A stretch of DNA of 64,000 nucleotides from Eledone cirrhosa (GCA_964016885.1 OZ024743.1:239506001-239570000), one strand, 5' to 3'. Counted from the first letter of the stretch, positions 1-14,152 are shown. Notes: a model not told the origin generated them from the letters alone. Program-made: numbers and translations.

Positions 1-320
1 ATGTATGTATATGTATATATATATGTATGTATGTATGTGTATATATATATGTATGTATATGTATATATATATATGTATGTATATATATATATATATGTAT
101 GTATGTATATGTATATATATATGTATGTATGTATATGTATATATATATGTATGTATATGTATATATATATATGTATGTATATATATATGTATGTATGTAT
201 ATGTATATATATATGTATGTATATGTATATATGTATGTATATGTATATATGTATATGTATATATGTATGTATATGTATATATATATATATATGTATGTAT
301 ATGTAAATAAACATACATAT

Positions 321-910
321 ACAACCTGTCTCATGGCAGGTCGTTGGCAACTAAACTGGCAACCCCACCAAGGTTTCTTCGTGAGGAGGGTGACTTTGGA
401 CATCCTGCAGGACTAAAAACAAAACCTGTCAAAGGGCAAAGGAGCTCTTAAGAGTCAATGGCCATCCAAAATCACCGGGAGAGATGACTCCTTAGCCTTT
501 GTAAAGGCAGAATTCTAGGAGAAGGAAAACTCTGATATAACACCTGCAACTCTGATGGTATCTAATGATGTTGACTTGTTCTTCTTTTTGGTAAATATCA
601 TCTTGGTTAAGAGAGTGAGACTGGCTTTGTGCAGTGCCTTTGCTCACTATGAAAGCTTCACAGCACAGGCATTGCTTTCTATCTGGAGATCTCTGCACTT
701 GTCGTCACATGGTACCATGGGCCCAGCACTATGTGTCAATAATTGTCACAAGTGTAGTGTTTGTACCAGAGTTTTCAAGTCGGTGGCTGGACTAAAAAGT
801 CACACTCGTTCAGGGCATCGGTAAGGGTTCTCCTACATGGATATAAAGTAGATAAAGTAGTGGCAGTACGCGAATACGAGTTGGCAGTCACCATATATGT
901 ATCTATATAA

Positions 911-972
<62 letters not shown>

Positions 973-1437
973 ATGTATATGTATATGTATGTATATGTAT
1001 GTATATGTATGTATATGTATGTATGTATATGTATGTATATATATATATGTATGTATATCTATATATATATATATGTATGTATATCTATATATATTTGTAT
1101 GTATATTTATATGTATGTATGTATATGTATATATATATGTATGTATGTATATATATATGTATGTGTGTATATATATATGTATGTATGTATATGTATATAT
1201 ATATGTATGTATGTATGTGTATATATATATGTATGTATATGTATATATATATATGTATGTATATATATATATGTATGTATGTATATGTATATATATATGT
1301 ATGTATGTATATGTATATATATATGTATGTATATGTATATATATATATGTATGTATATATATATGTATGTATGTATATGTATATATATATGTATGTATAT
1401 GTATATATATGTGTATGTATATGTATATGTATGTATG

Positions 1438-1482
<45 letters not shown>

Positions 1483-2159
1483 GTATATATGTATGTATAT
1501 GTATATATGTATATGTATATATGTATGTATATGTATATATATATATATATGTATGTATATGTAAATAAACATACATATACAACCTGTCTCATGGCAGGTC
1601 GTTGGCAACTAAACTGGCAACCCCACCAAGGTTTCTTCGTGAGGAGGGTGACTTTGGACATCCTGCAGGACTAAAAACAAAACCTGTCAAAGGGCAAAGG
1701 AGCTCTTAAGAGTCAATGGCCATCCAAAATCACCGGGAGAGATGACTCCTTAGCCTTTGTAAAGGCAGAATTCTAGGAGAAGGAAAACTCTGATATAACA
1801 CCTGCAACTCTGATGGTATCTAATGATGTTGACTTGTTCTTCTTTTTGGTAAATATCATCTTGGTTAAGAGAGTGAGACTGGCTTTGTGCAGTGCCTTTG
1901 CTCACTATGAAAGCTTCACAGCACAGGCATTGCTTTCTATCTGGAGATCTCTGCACTTGTCGTCACATGGTACCATGGGCCCAGCACTATGTGTCAATAA
2001 TTGTCACAAGTGTAGTGTTTGTACCAGAGTTTTCAAGTCGGTGGCTGGACTAAAAAGTCACACTCGTTCAGGGCATCGGTAAGGGTTCTCCTACATGGAT
2101 ATAAAGTAGTGGCAGTACTCGAAAACGAGTTGGCAGTCACCATATATGTATCTATATAA

Positions 2160-2213
<54 letters not shown>

Positions 2214-3409
2214 GTATATATATATGTATGTATATATATATGTATGTATATGTATATGTATGTATATATATATGTATGTATATGTATATGTATGTATATG
2301 TATGTATATGTATATATATATGTATGTATATGTATATGTATGTATATGTATGTATATATATGTATGTATATGTATATATATTTGTTTGTATATGTATGTA
2401 TGTATATGTATATTTATATGTATGTATGTATATGTATATATATATGTATGTATGTATATGTATGTATATATGTATGTATATATATATGTATGTATGTATA
2501 TGTATATATATATCTATGTATGTATATGTATATATATATATATGTATGTATGTATATGTATATATATATGTATGTATATGTATATATATATCTATGTATG
2601 TATATGTATATATATATATGTATGTATGTATATGTATATATATATATATGTATGTATATGTATATATATATGTATGTATGTATATGTATATATATATGTA
2701 TGTATATATATATGTATGTATATGTATATGTATGTATATATATATGTATGTATATGTATATGTATGTATGTATATGTATATATGTATGTATGTATATGTA
2801 TATATATATATATATGTATATATATGTAAATATACATACATATACAACCTGTCTCATGGTCAGGTCGTTGGCGACTAAACTGGCAACCCCACCAAGGTTT
2901 CTTCGTGAGGAGGGTGACTTTGGACATCCTGCAAAACTAAAAACAAAACCTGTCAAAGGGCAAAGGAGCTCTTAAGAGTCAATGGCCATCCAAATTCACC
3001 GGGAGAGATGACTCCTTAGCCTTTGTAAAGGCAGATTTCTAGGAGAAGGAAAACTCTGATATAACACCTGCAACTCTGATGGTATCTAATGATGTTGACT
3101 TGTTCTTCTTTTTGGTAAATATCATCTTGTTTAAGAGAGTGGGACTGGCTTTGTTCAGTGCCTTTGCTCACTATAAAAGCTTCACAGCGCAGGCATTGCT
3201 TTATATCTGGAGATCTCTGCACTTGTCGTCACATGGTACCATGGGCCCAGCACTATGTGTCAATAATTGTCACAAGTGTAGTGTTTGTACCAGAGTTTTC
3301 AAGTCGCTGGCTGGACTAAAAAGTCACACTCGTTCAGCGAATCGGTAGGGGTTCTCCTACATGGATATAAAGTAGTGGCCGTACTCGAAAACGAGTTGGC
3401 AGCCACCAT
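321..3409 (+). mobile_element. Three tandem copies (321-893, 1579-2142, 2844-3409) of a ~570-bp non-autonomous RTE-like LINE derivative separated by (TA/TATG)n
   Basis: Near-identical cores with periods 1258 and 1265 bp. The 3' part encodes a C2H2-like motif [22 protein letters not shown] resembling RTE C-termini, and each copy runs into a TA tail. Confidence 0.6.
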
Positions 3410-3817
3410 ATGTATATATATGTATATGTATATATATATATATGTATATGTATATATATATGTATGTATATATATATATATGTATGTATGTATATATATA
3501 TATATGTATGTACATGTATATATATATATATATATGTATGTACATGTATATATATATATATATATATGTATGTACATGTATATATATATATATATGTGTG
3601 TACATGTATATATATATATATGTATGTATGTATATGTATATATATATGTATGTATATGTATATATATATATATATATGTATGTATACATAAATATATATA
3701 TATATATATACATATATATACATATATATATACATATACATACATATATATATATACATATACATACATATATATATACATATACATACATATATATATA
3801 TATAATGTATACATAAA

Positions 3818-3871
<54 letters not shown>

Positions 3872-4007
3872 AATGTATATATGTAGGCATACGTATATAT
3901 GTATGTATATGTATCCTATATATATATATATGTATACATATACATACATATATACGTATACATACATGTATACATATACATACGTGTATACATATACATA
4001 CAACATC

Positions 4008-4040
<33 letters not shown>

Positions 4041-4082
4041 GTGTGTGTGTATTTATATGTATATATCTATGTATATGTATAT

Positions 4083-4146
<64 letters not shown>

Positions 4147-4999
4147 GATCTTTGATCTTTTAGCCTTCATATTATTAAATGGACATATATATATATATAC
4201 ATTAACATTAAGGCTTAAAAGTAAGTCTTGTTACTTTGGAGTTTCACCTGCTTATCACAGGGTCATTCAAACATTTGTTTGCGTTGTATAACCAAAGATT
4301 CTACAGAATAAATCCCTGTATATATCACGGTTTTATTTGTGTGTTTGCGTGTAAGTTTAGGCATGTGTGAGTAAATGAGATTTTACTTTTAAGGATCTGC
4401 TATCATTTATTTAAGAGAAAGTGTTACATTTCAGATCATCCGAAACTGGTGGGAAATATATAAAAAGAAGTGTCTGGAAGACATTGACTGTGTTCAAACC
4501 TGGAGAATGGATGGTCTCTCCCAGATTTACCACACCCAAGAGATATGCCCTATGGCGCTCCTACAACTCCATCATGTTGGATATGTGTGCGCGGGTATTT
4601 TTGTGATAAATATTCCTGAATTCATAGCAGCATCTACGAATTTAATAAACGATGATGCATTAGTAAAAAAAGTACTCTACGTTATGCCGTTCATTCATTG
4701 TAGATGTAGAATCCCGTTGCAGGGGAAGAAACGGAGTTAAATATTTAGAAGACCAGGCTGGAGATATCCTTTTAGAGTGTTAATGTTGCAAACAATCAAA
4801 AATGTTTCGCCAAAACACTGAATTTTGCGAACCATCACTGGATCAACTATATATTCTCTGTTTGTGTTTGCCTTGATAACTTTTAATGATTAACTGATTA
4901 TGCAATCGGGATCTGACGGTGTCGTCAAGGTATTTCGTCGTGATAGTGTAACTTGGCCATTGAAATATGTATAGTGTTTTTTGCACATTAAAACATCAA

Positions 5000-5409
5000 A
5001 AAGATATCTCCTACCAGGCCTTCTGTTGTTTTAAATATATAAAGAAACTCAGATTTTCCGCTTTGGGCCCAGTTTCACTACTGAACCCAACACCTCTCGC
5101 AACTTTCTTCAATCTTGCCCGCTTACGCTCGTGGTTACTTCTCTACCCCTAACCAGTCCCACCCTTACATCAACTGCGGTAACACACGTACGCGGACATT
5201 TACATTCTAGATTCCTATGGCTCTGTTGTTGTCAGAAACACACTCTTACATCTTATACAGACCAACACAAAACACACACACAACTCTATACTTACGATAA
5301 CAGCTCTGTACGGACCAAGACTAACACACAGACGCACACACATTCACACACTCACACACACACATGCACACACACACACACGGACACACACACACTCACA
5401 CACACACTT

Positions 5410-5458
<49 letters not shown>

Positions 5459-5880
5459 CACACACACACACTTATACTTACATATACACACATATTCTGT
5501 TAGCTTCGTACAGACGAATAACGAACGCACACACACGTGTATATACGTGCACACGTACAGCTCTGTATACAAAACGTTTCTTTTCCTTTTTAGCAAGACG
5601 TGCTCTATTGCCACCTTTTAAAACAAGATTATCTTACACAACAGGACAGCAGCAACAGTTTTCCAAGACATAGCGACATGAATAGACGTGTATTTTTCGT
5701 TTCTACCACTGCTCGTTTCCTCAATCTTTTTATATCATCTTCAATTTCTTATTCTATTTTCTGATGAAGAACAAGCGTTTGAAACGTTAAGACATTTTTC
5801 CTACTATGTTAAGCGTAAAACTAATAATATATTTCTTCATTGGATTGTGCCATTTGCTTTGTTATTCCTGTTTGCGATTT
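5000..5880 (+). mobile_element. Decayed PLE-type terminal repeat carrying an HHR motif
   Basis: CA-rich stretch followed by CTGATGA..GAAACGTT; downstream sequence resembles 14590-14700 and the reverse complement of 29700-29830. Confidence 0.5.
5757..5792 (+). ncRNA. Minimal type I hammerhead ribozyme motif (weak stems)
   Basis: TTTT-CTGATGA-A-GAAC(AAGC)GTTT-GAAA-CG-TT-AAGA; palindromic ACGT stem III. Confidence 0.55.
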
Positions 5881-5881
5881 G

Positions 5882-5940
<59 letters not shown>

Positions 5941-6017
5941 GAGCGGAACAAGTAATCATCAAACAATATTTTAAATAGATTAAAACACGATTTAAATATT
6001 CACTTGTTCTATTGCTG

Positions 6018-6074
<57 letters not shown>

Positions 6075-6107
6075 CTGTATATATATATATGTGTATACAT
6101 ATATATA

Positions 6108-6238
6108 TAACGAAGGAGTTGTGGTAAGGAACCAGATGGACCATAACGCACCAGAGTACTCAATACTTAGGGTAGTTGAGTGGGTAATAGGAAAAAGTAT
6201 GACCCCGACGGCAGAGCTCAAGCCGTTTCGACGGCTAT
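6108..6238 (-). repeat. Dispersed repeat family (GAGTACTC family), probable PLE 3' terminus; other copies 14207-14285, 34330-34455, 37218-37405, 54950-55110, diverged 26050-26172
   Basis: Shared GGACCATAACGCACCAGAGTACTCAATACTTAGGG..GGCAGAGCTCAAGCCG; copies abut microsatellites. Confidence 0.75.
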
Positions 6239-6245
6239 ATATATA

Positions 6246-6700
6246 TTAGCAGTGTATCCCGGCGTTGCACGGGTAAGAGCATTGTTAATAGCACCTCCAA
6301 TGAGAAACATTTATTTGTGAGAGCCTGTTAAAAACTGACGAAAATATACCGACAGGAAACTTGTTTTATTTGGAGAAAATTAAGAAGTCGAAAGTACAGT
6401 TTAGCTGTCTACGTGTATTGTTCATAGAAATATTGCTGAGCTCCTTCTTTTCATACTAAAATGTTTGGGCCTTTTGCAGTAAATGTGAAAGAGAAAGTCA
6501 CAGGTTAAGTTGGCAGAAGTTTCCAGTGTCATAGCACTAAGGCGTATGCTACTTATCTCAAAAGTTCATTCGCACGCTTTCCACTAAGTTACTCTTTCTC
6601 TCTATCCCCCTCGGTGCAGTCCCTTGCGAATTTCTCGCGTAGGCCTGGTGTAAATTTGCACCCGATCCATCTACCCGATGCACATGTCCGCTTTGTACGG
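6246..6700 (-). mobile_element. Non-autonomous Helitron-type element, 3' portion
   Basis: Reverse complement ends ACCCGTGCAACGCCGGGATACACTGCTAAT: GC hairpin then a degenerate CTAG, inside a TA run. Confidence 0.5.
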
Positions 6701-7005
6701 CTTTAGGAGGAAAGAGGGACCAGCACTACGTTGTTCGGTATTATTACGAAAAGGTGTGGCAGAGAATCCCGCGTGGACTAACAGTTCGGGAGGAAACTGC
6801 TTCCATCGAAGATTCATTCGCCATCGTTCTTGTCAACGCTCCGTTTACTTGGTATTTGTTGGTCTACAGGTAGATGAATGGCGCACAAAGGGTTAATTTT
6901 TAGTGGCAAGAAGTTTTTTGAATAATAAAAGATGTGTGGTTGTATGTATATATATATATATATATATATAAATGAGTGTATGTATGTATGTGTATATATA
7001 TATAG

Positions 7006-8880
7006 ATGTGGAGGGAGGTGCAGGAGCTGCCTCTTCCGCACGTCTTCCCAGCCACGGCCGTCTGGCACACCACCAGATGGGACAGTGAGCTTGCCTGACG
7101 CCCGAGCCTCGCAGTCAACATCGCTCGGCTCAGGCGGCTCCGGAAGATCCCACTCATGATCCCGAGAGCGGCACGGGTGCCGGTAGCCGATGTCCTCGCT
7201 TCCTCGATTGAGTGCGCCCTGGACTCCAATCGAGCCAGTGACTGGGAGCGGCTGTTCTATTTCGCCCCACTCGCCCTCGGCCTCCCCAGCGCTGGCCGGT
7301 CAACAGCAGCCAACGTCAAGGCCAATGTCTCGTCATTTGGGCGAGCGCCCATTCCAAGCGTGGCCAGGGACGCCACACACCCCACCCTCAGGTACCCCCT
7401 ATCCTCCACCTCCGAGGCTAGCGCCAAGCGTTTGCGTGTCCAGGTAAACGCAAAGCTTATCATGGGTGATGTCTCGGCCGCAGTCAGAGTTGTTGTCTCA
7501 TAGGACACTGTCCTCCAACCCACCGAGGAGATCCTGGCTGCTCTGCGGCTCAAAGACCCTAAGCCACCCACTGATCTCAGACCCATACCCCCACCCGACC
7601 CCCACCTGCTCCTTGTGGCTACTGATGCAGATATCATGACCGCCATCAGGTCCTTCCCAGCTAGCAGCTGCGGAGATGTTGATGGTCTCCGACCAGGCCA
7701 CCTCAAGGAGTTGACATCCCCCCTCTCCGCTGAGGCCGGGCGCCGCTTTCTGAGTGCAATTGTGGAGATCACCAATAGGCTCATTCATGGTGCCCTCGAC
7801 CCTCATGCCCGAGGCCTCTTTTTTTCGGCCAGCCTCACCGCTCTCAGGAAGAAAGAGGGTGGCATACGCGCTATTGCTGTGGGCAATGTCTTCCGGAGGC
7901 TGGCTGCCAAGGTGATCTGCAAGTCCGTCACACACGAACTGGGTGAGAAGTTTAGTCAGGTGCAACCGGGTGTCAGCGTGTCCGGTGGCTATGAGGGAGC
8001 CTCTCATGCAATCAGGCAGTTCTTCAGCAGCTGCCCATCGGTACCGGCATCCAGGGAGTCCACACCCCATTGTCAAGCTTGACATGAGGAATGTCTTTAA
8101 CTCTTTATGCCGGGATCATCTGCTCGAGGCCTGCCTCAGCCGAGCCCCCTCTGCCTACCCGCTGGCCTACCTGTCATATGGAGCCCCGAGCATGCTCCTA
8201 GCTGCTGATACGGTCATACCCTCGGCTACAAGGGTCCAACAGGGCGACCCTTTGGGACGCCTCCTGTTCGCCCTTGGTATTGACCACATCGCCCGGAGTA
8301 TCACGGCCCCTCTCAACGTTTGATATCTGGATGATGCTACATTGGGCTGGCCCGTACGGACGGTCTGCCAAGACCTTCAATCGGTGATTCCTGCCCTGGC
8401 GGGAATCGGCCTCCAGGTCAACTCGGCCAAGTCGGCGGTGGTGAACGTCAGCCTCGATGCTGCGAGCTTTGCAGCCTCCGTCTTGGACGTGCGGTCCATT
8501 CTCCGCCAGGTTCAGGTGACCCCCAAAGAAGATGTCCTCATCCTCGGGTCACCGATCCACCCGCCGGCTATCCGCTCCACCATCAGGTCCTGGCTTCAAC
8601 AGCTCCAGACTCTCACGAGCCGACTGGGGCTTGATTGACGGCCACCCAGCTCTCTTTCTGCCGAGGAACTGCCTCGCCATGCCGAAGCTTCTCTATGCAC
8701 TCCGCAGCGCTCCAAGCTACACCCAGACATATCTCCTCGCTGATCTCGATACTTGTATCCGAGCAGCAGCCGAGGGGATATGCAACGTCAAGTTTGACGA
8801 CATAGGGTGGCAACAGGCCACGTTACTGCTCAGGTATGGCGGCCTAGACCTCCGGTGCCCGATCTCACTAGCTTTGCCGG
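7006..8880 (+). mobile_element. Decayed CRE-clade-like non-LTR retrotransposon RT region
   Basis: GC-rich island with GGIRAIAVGNVFRRLAAK, QPGV..GGYEGASHAIR, VKLDMRNVFNSL, VQQGDPLG.LLF, YLDD, LGSPI and WQQATL..YGGL; stops at 7501 and 8321 plus frameshifts. Confidence 0.8.
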
Positions 8881-9591
8881 TATCTTTCGTCGGTAACCTC
8901 GTGCCGCGTCCTCGCAGCAATTATTTTTCTGTTAAAAACTGTAAATAAATATTCATGTAAAAATGAAGGATAGTGTTTCGGTTAAAAACTTAAAAACTGT
9001 AAAATAAATATTCATGTAAAAATGAAGCCTTGTTTTTCTGTGAAAAACTGTAAATAAATATTTATTTTGTTAAAAAAATAAATAAAAAATCTAATTTTCT
9101 CTGTTAATATTTTAATAAATATTTATTCTAAAAATTCAATGTTTTTTCGTGTAAAAGTGAAGCATGTAAGAAAATGAACATGTAAAAATCAAGCAGCTGC
9201 AGCAGCTGATGACGTGTCGTGACGTATCGTGTAGTGGGTGGAGCTAATAATTGAATGTCGATGATGATAATTTAGGACACTAAAACTAAGTATCGCCAAA
9301 CCCTTAAATTGCGAAGAAGGGATGCGTGTTTCTATTTTAATTCTAATAAATGTTAACCACCACTAACAGTAAGTAGTATTTTTCAAATTGCATATCATCG
9401 ACATTACTATTTCGCTGTTAATAAACAACGCTTTTCACGTCGATCCACTTCTCATTGTACGCCGTCCAGCCCCAAGTGCATATTTCTATTTTTTCCTGAA
9501 ACTGCTTCTTTAATAATATTTTTCAATAATATTTTTCAAATTATTAACTTAATAAAAAGTGGCCCCGGGTGCAACGGCGCTCAGCTGCTAG
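8881..9591 (+). mobile_element. Non-autonomous Helitron-type element at the point where the CRE-like RT breaks off
   Basis: Ends GGGTGC-AACG-GCGCTC hairpin then AGCTGCTAG|T; internal sub-repeats AAAAACTGTAAATAAATATTCATGTAAAAATGAAG. Confidence 0.55.
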
Positions 9592-10169
9592 TATATATAT
9601 ACACACACAAAAAAACAAAATACCCCCCCCCCCCACACACACACATTTAAAATACACGTACACATAGAAACCTATTCACAGGCACACCAACCCTTCCCCG
9701 CCACTCATATTTATACATATATTTGTATGTGTATATTTATATATATGTATATGTGTATATATATACAAATATCGCGTTGATATTTCACCTGATCAATGAA
9801 ACAATTGTCAGTACTTTAAATAAAGCCCCTTATTGTACAGCCGACCATGTTACTCTTCATTCTTTCACTATATATATATGTATATGTGTATTTATGTGTG
9901 TGTATATGTATATATGTGTATATATATATATGTATATATAAGTATATATGTATATATATATATATGTGTGTGTGTGTGTGCGTGTTGGCGTGTGTGCGTG
10001 GGTGTGCGTGTGTGTGGGGGGGGGGGGAATGTAGCGAAAGTAATTCGTCAGCAATGACGTGTTCGTCAGAATGTCGTTATGCAGACAGACAGACATACAG
10101 AGAGATATTATAAGGGCTCGGCGGAGAACGATAACCGGCGCCTAACTCTCCTTTAACAACAGACATTTG

Positions 10170-10317
10170 AAAAATAAAAGCTGCAGTTAGTAACTTTATA
10201 CCGCAAGGGATATATAAATGCAAGTTTGAAGTCAATCGGAGTAGAAATGTGGATTTGTATAGACTTAGCAAAAATGAGGACACACACACAGACAACAACA
10301 GTTTTATATATAGAGAT
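10170..10317 (-). mobile_element. Helitron/DINE-like 5' end fragment
   Basis: Reverse complement starts TCTCTATATATAAAACTGTTGTTGTCTGTGTGTG, resembling HINE/DINE-1 5' ends. Confidence 0.4.
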
Positions 10318-10365
10318 ATATATATAGATATATATATAAATATATGTATGTATGTATATATAGAT

Positions 10366-10697
10366 GGTAAAGAGTCCCTTTGGTCACGAATGTCAATGGA
10401 AATTATGCCTAGAAACTTACCCCTCCGAGACACAAGTGCAAGCAAGGGTATTTATGGGAGACAAGGAATCGGCCATGCATATCAGTCCCCGCCCCTCACT
10501 ACGCCACCGATGTTGTCCAAGGGATAGGCAAAGGCTGATACAGCTTGGCACCAGTGACGCCGCAACTCATTTTTACATCTGAGTAACCTGGAGCAACGCG
10601 AAATAAAGTGTCTTGTTCAGGGATACAACGCATCACCCAAGAATCGAATTCACAACCTGGTGATTTCAAGCCCAACGCTCTAACCACTAAGCCACTG
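10366..10697 (-). mobile_element. tRNA-derived SINE
   Basis: Reverse complement head GTGGCTTAGTGGTTAGAGCGTTGGGC (A box) and GAATTCGATTC (B-box-like), followed by a CTGAACAAGACACTTTATTTC central motif. Confidence 0.75.
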
Positions 10698-10876
10698 GAT
10701 TATTATTAGAGTTGATACGAATATAAGCAGAGAGACAGCGATTATACTTTTACTTCAGCACCATACTGCAAGTCCATTCACATACTCGTTAAGACATTCG
10801 CACACACACATAGAATGGAAAGGATTTCAATTGTACAATCAACGAAATTGCATGTTCATGAAATAAACCTGTCTGT

Positions 10877-11535
10877 GACTGAGCATCTTACAGACAGGTA
10901 CACCTGTAATGTAAGTCTCAGAAGGATACTGTGTGACATAATGTGTAATAAGACTGACTGAGCATCTTACAGACAGGGACACCTGTAATGTAAGTCTCAG
11001 AAGGATACTGTGTGACATAATGTGTAATAAGACTGGCTGAGCATCTTACAGACAGGGACACCTGTAATGTAAGTCTCAGAAGGATACTGTGTGACATAAT
11101 GTGTAATAAGACTGGCTGAGCATCTTACAGACAGGGACACCTGTAATGTAAGTCTCAGAAGGATACTGTGTGACATAATGTGTAATAAGACTGGCTGAGC
11201 ATCTTACAGACAGGGACACCTGTAATGTAAGTCTCAGAAGGATACTGTGTGACATAATGTGTAATAAGACTGACTGAGCATCTTACAGACAGGGACACCT
11301 GTAATGTAAGTCTCAGAAGGATACTGTGTGACATAATGTGTAATAAGACTGACTGAGCATCTTACAGACAGGGACACCTGTAATGTAAGTCTCAGAAGGA
11401 TACTGTGTGACATAATGTGTAATAAGACTGACTGAGCATCTTACAGACAGGGACACCTGTAATGTAAGTCTCAGAAGGATACTGTGTGACATAATGTGTA
11501 ATAAGACTGTGTGACATAATGTGTAATAAGACTGT
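10877..11535. repeat. 79-bp minisatellite, 8 copies plus a 25-bp partial
   Basis: GAGCATC recurs every 79 bp from 10881 to 11434; units are almost identical. Confidence 0.95.
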
Positions 11536-11925
11536 CATTTCGATTACAGGTACAGTTCCTACAAACAGTTTCCAACAATACACTTTTACTCACAAGGTGG
11601 CGCGAAGATAAGTTAGGTGACACTTGTGAAGCCAAAAATAATTTAAACACGTACAGAGACAGATACATACACGCTCAGACATAGACAAACACACACAGAC
11701 ACAGACATATACACTCACAGAAACACACAGACGGATACAAACACATACACACGCACACCCACACAAGATAGTTCCATATATATATATGCGTGTGGGTGTG
11801 TGTGGGTGTGGGTGTGTGTGTGTGTGTGGGTGTATGTGTGTGTGTGTGAAAAGGGGGAGGTGTGGAAGAAATATTTATGTGTGAAAGTATAGGCATATAC
11901 AGATGTGGGAGCTTAGCATATACAT

Positions 11926-12005
<80 letters not shown>

Positions 12006-12160
12006 TATATATATATGTGTGTATCTATATATGTATATATATGTATATATATATATATAGGTATATGTGTATATATATATGCATATGTATATATATACAT
12101 AAATATGTATACATATATATGCATATGTATATATATGTATATATATATGTATTTATATAT

Positions 12161-12191
<31 letters not shown>

Positions 12192-12267
12192 TATGTATAT
12201 ATATATATATATATGTATATATATGTATATATATATATTTATATATATGTAAATATATATATATGTT

Positions 12268-12308
<41 letters not shown>

Positions 12309-12320
12309 ATATTTATATAT

Positions 12321-12404
<84 letters not shown>

Positions 12405-12736
12405 ATGTATATATATATATATGTTTATATATATATCTATATATATATGTATATGTATATATATGTGTATGTATATATATATATGTGTATGTATATATAT
12501 ATATATTTACATATGCATGTATATATATATGTTTATATATGTATATATATATATATTTACATATGCATGTATATATATATATATATATATAGATATATGC
12601 ATATATATACATATGTATATATATATATATATTTACATATGCATATATATATATATATGTATATATATATATTTACATATGCACATATATATATGTATAT
12701 GTATATATATATATTTACATATGCATATATATATAC

Positions 12737-12772
<36 letters not shown>

Positions 12773-12847
12773 GTATATATATTTACATATATATATATAT
12801 TTATATATATGAGGTTTATTATATATATATATATATGTGTATATCTT

Positions 12848-12885
<38 letters not shown>

Positions 12886-12955
12886 CACATACACAAACAA
12901 AGAAAAGAAGAGAGTGATGTGGGTCTGAAAAGAAAGTTTAAATGTTTCTATGTAG

Positions 12956-13018
12956 GCGCATGCGCGGCGATTGGCTGTGAAAACATTGAGAATTATTTAA
13001 CAGATTGTTTGAGTAAGT
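12956..13018 (+). promoter_or_regulatory. Candidate promoter module: NRF1-type site, inverted CCAAT box and downstream GTAAGT
   Basis: GCGCATGCGC at 12956-12965, ATTGG at 12970-12974, GTAAGT at 13013-13018, in otherwise unique AT-rich DNA. Confidence 0.3.
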
Positions 13019-13574
13019 CAACAAGATCTAGAGTTGAAAAAAAAAACGTTTCACTAAATTCTCTTCTAATTAGTTTCGTTAACTTGAAAGTTAGCTTTTG
13101 TCTTTTATCAACAGTTTTATCACAATAAAACATTCACGATTTGCAGTCTTCTCACGTTATATATTACGAAAGAGATCTCAGATAATTATATAAACTGTTA
13201 AAATGGCTCCTTTCAAGTGCAACGATAGACCCAAATTAAAATGGTGCGCACGTATATATTACGTATATACACACACACATTCTTGTATGCATATAGATTT
13301 GTATTTATGTTTATAGGTATGTATATACGTGTATACATGTCTATGTATGCATTTAAATATATATACATATATACGTAGATATATAAAATCAAGGTTTAGC
13401 AAATAGAGAAAAAGTTTTAAAATAAATTTCAAAAAGTTCATTGTACTTACTATATGTGCCTTTACCGCGGTTTCCGATCCCAAATTAAACAGATAATCCA
13501 AGCGGATTTCCATTGAGAAGAGATCATCTTCAGAAGGCTTTTCTCACTCGGAGAATATAAAATTCTCGAGTTCA

Positions 13575-14152
13575 AATCGCATACATATGAATATATATAT
13601 ATAATACTACTGTACGTCTGTATACATATATGTATGTACGTATAAATACATATATACTTACATTTAAGTAACTGCCGTACTAAGAGTGAGAAATGAAATT
13701 TCGTTTCATTCTATTCCATTTATCTTTTTCGGTGCACCCGACCGACTAAACTCACTCGATATGCTAATTAGGCTGCTCAGCCGTTAATATGCATAAGGAA
13801 AGTATATACTTTCAGACGTTCAACCATCTGGCAGGAAGGTATACGATGCTGACGATAGCTAATAAGCTTGAAACTAGTACATCGTTCCTGTGTCAGTGTT
13901 GAACAAAAAGGTGACGTGGTTGCCTAAACACTGTACGGCGTAAATAGGTCTGTTTGTTTGTTTACAAACAAACCGAGCATTATAATAAATGTTCGGTAAA
14001 CCGATACGTGAATATATATATGTGTGCATGTATGTATATATATATATACTACTGTACGTCTGTATGCATATATGTATGTACGTATACATACATACTTACA
14101 TTTAAGTAAGTGCCGTACTAAGAGTGAGAAATGAAATTCGTTTCATTCTATT

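Noticed and set aside
330-430. HDV-like ribozyme at the 5' end of the RTE-like unit
   Set aside because: Partial P1/P4/CTAA features are present, but I could not build a valid P3/L3 by hand.
555-824. C2H2 zinc-finger host gene
   Set aside because: Single finger in a triplicated repeat; fits a LINE C-terminal remnant.
10877-11535. CRISPR array
   Set aside because: No unique spacers, no cas genes, and a eukaryotic context.
13495-13540. HHR on the minus strand (CTGAAGA..GAAA)
   Set aside because: Stems II and III do not pair convincingly.
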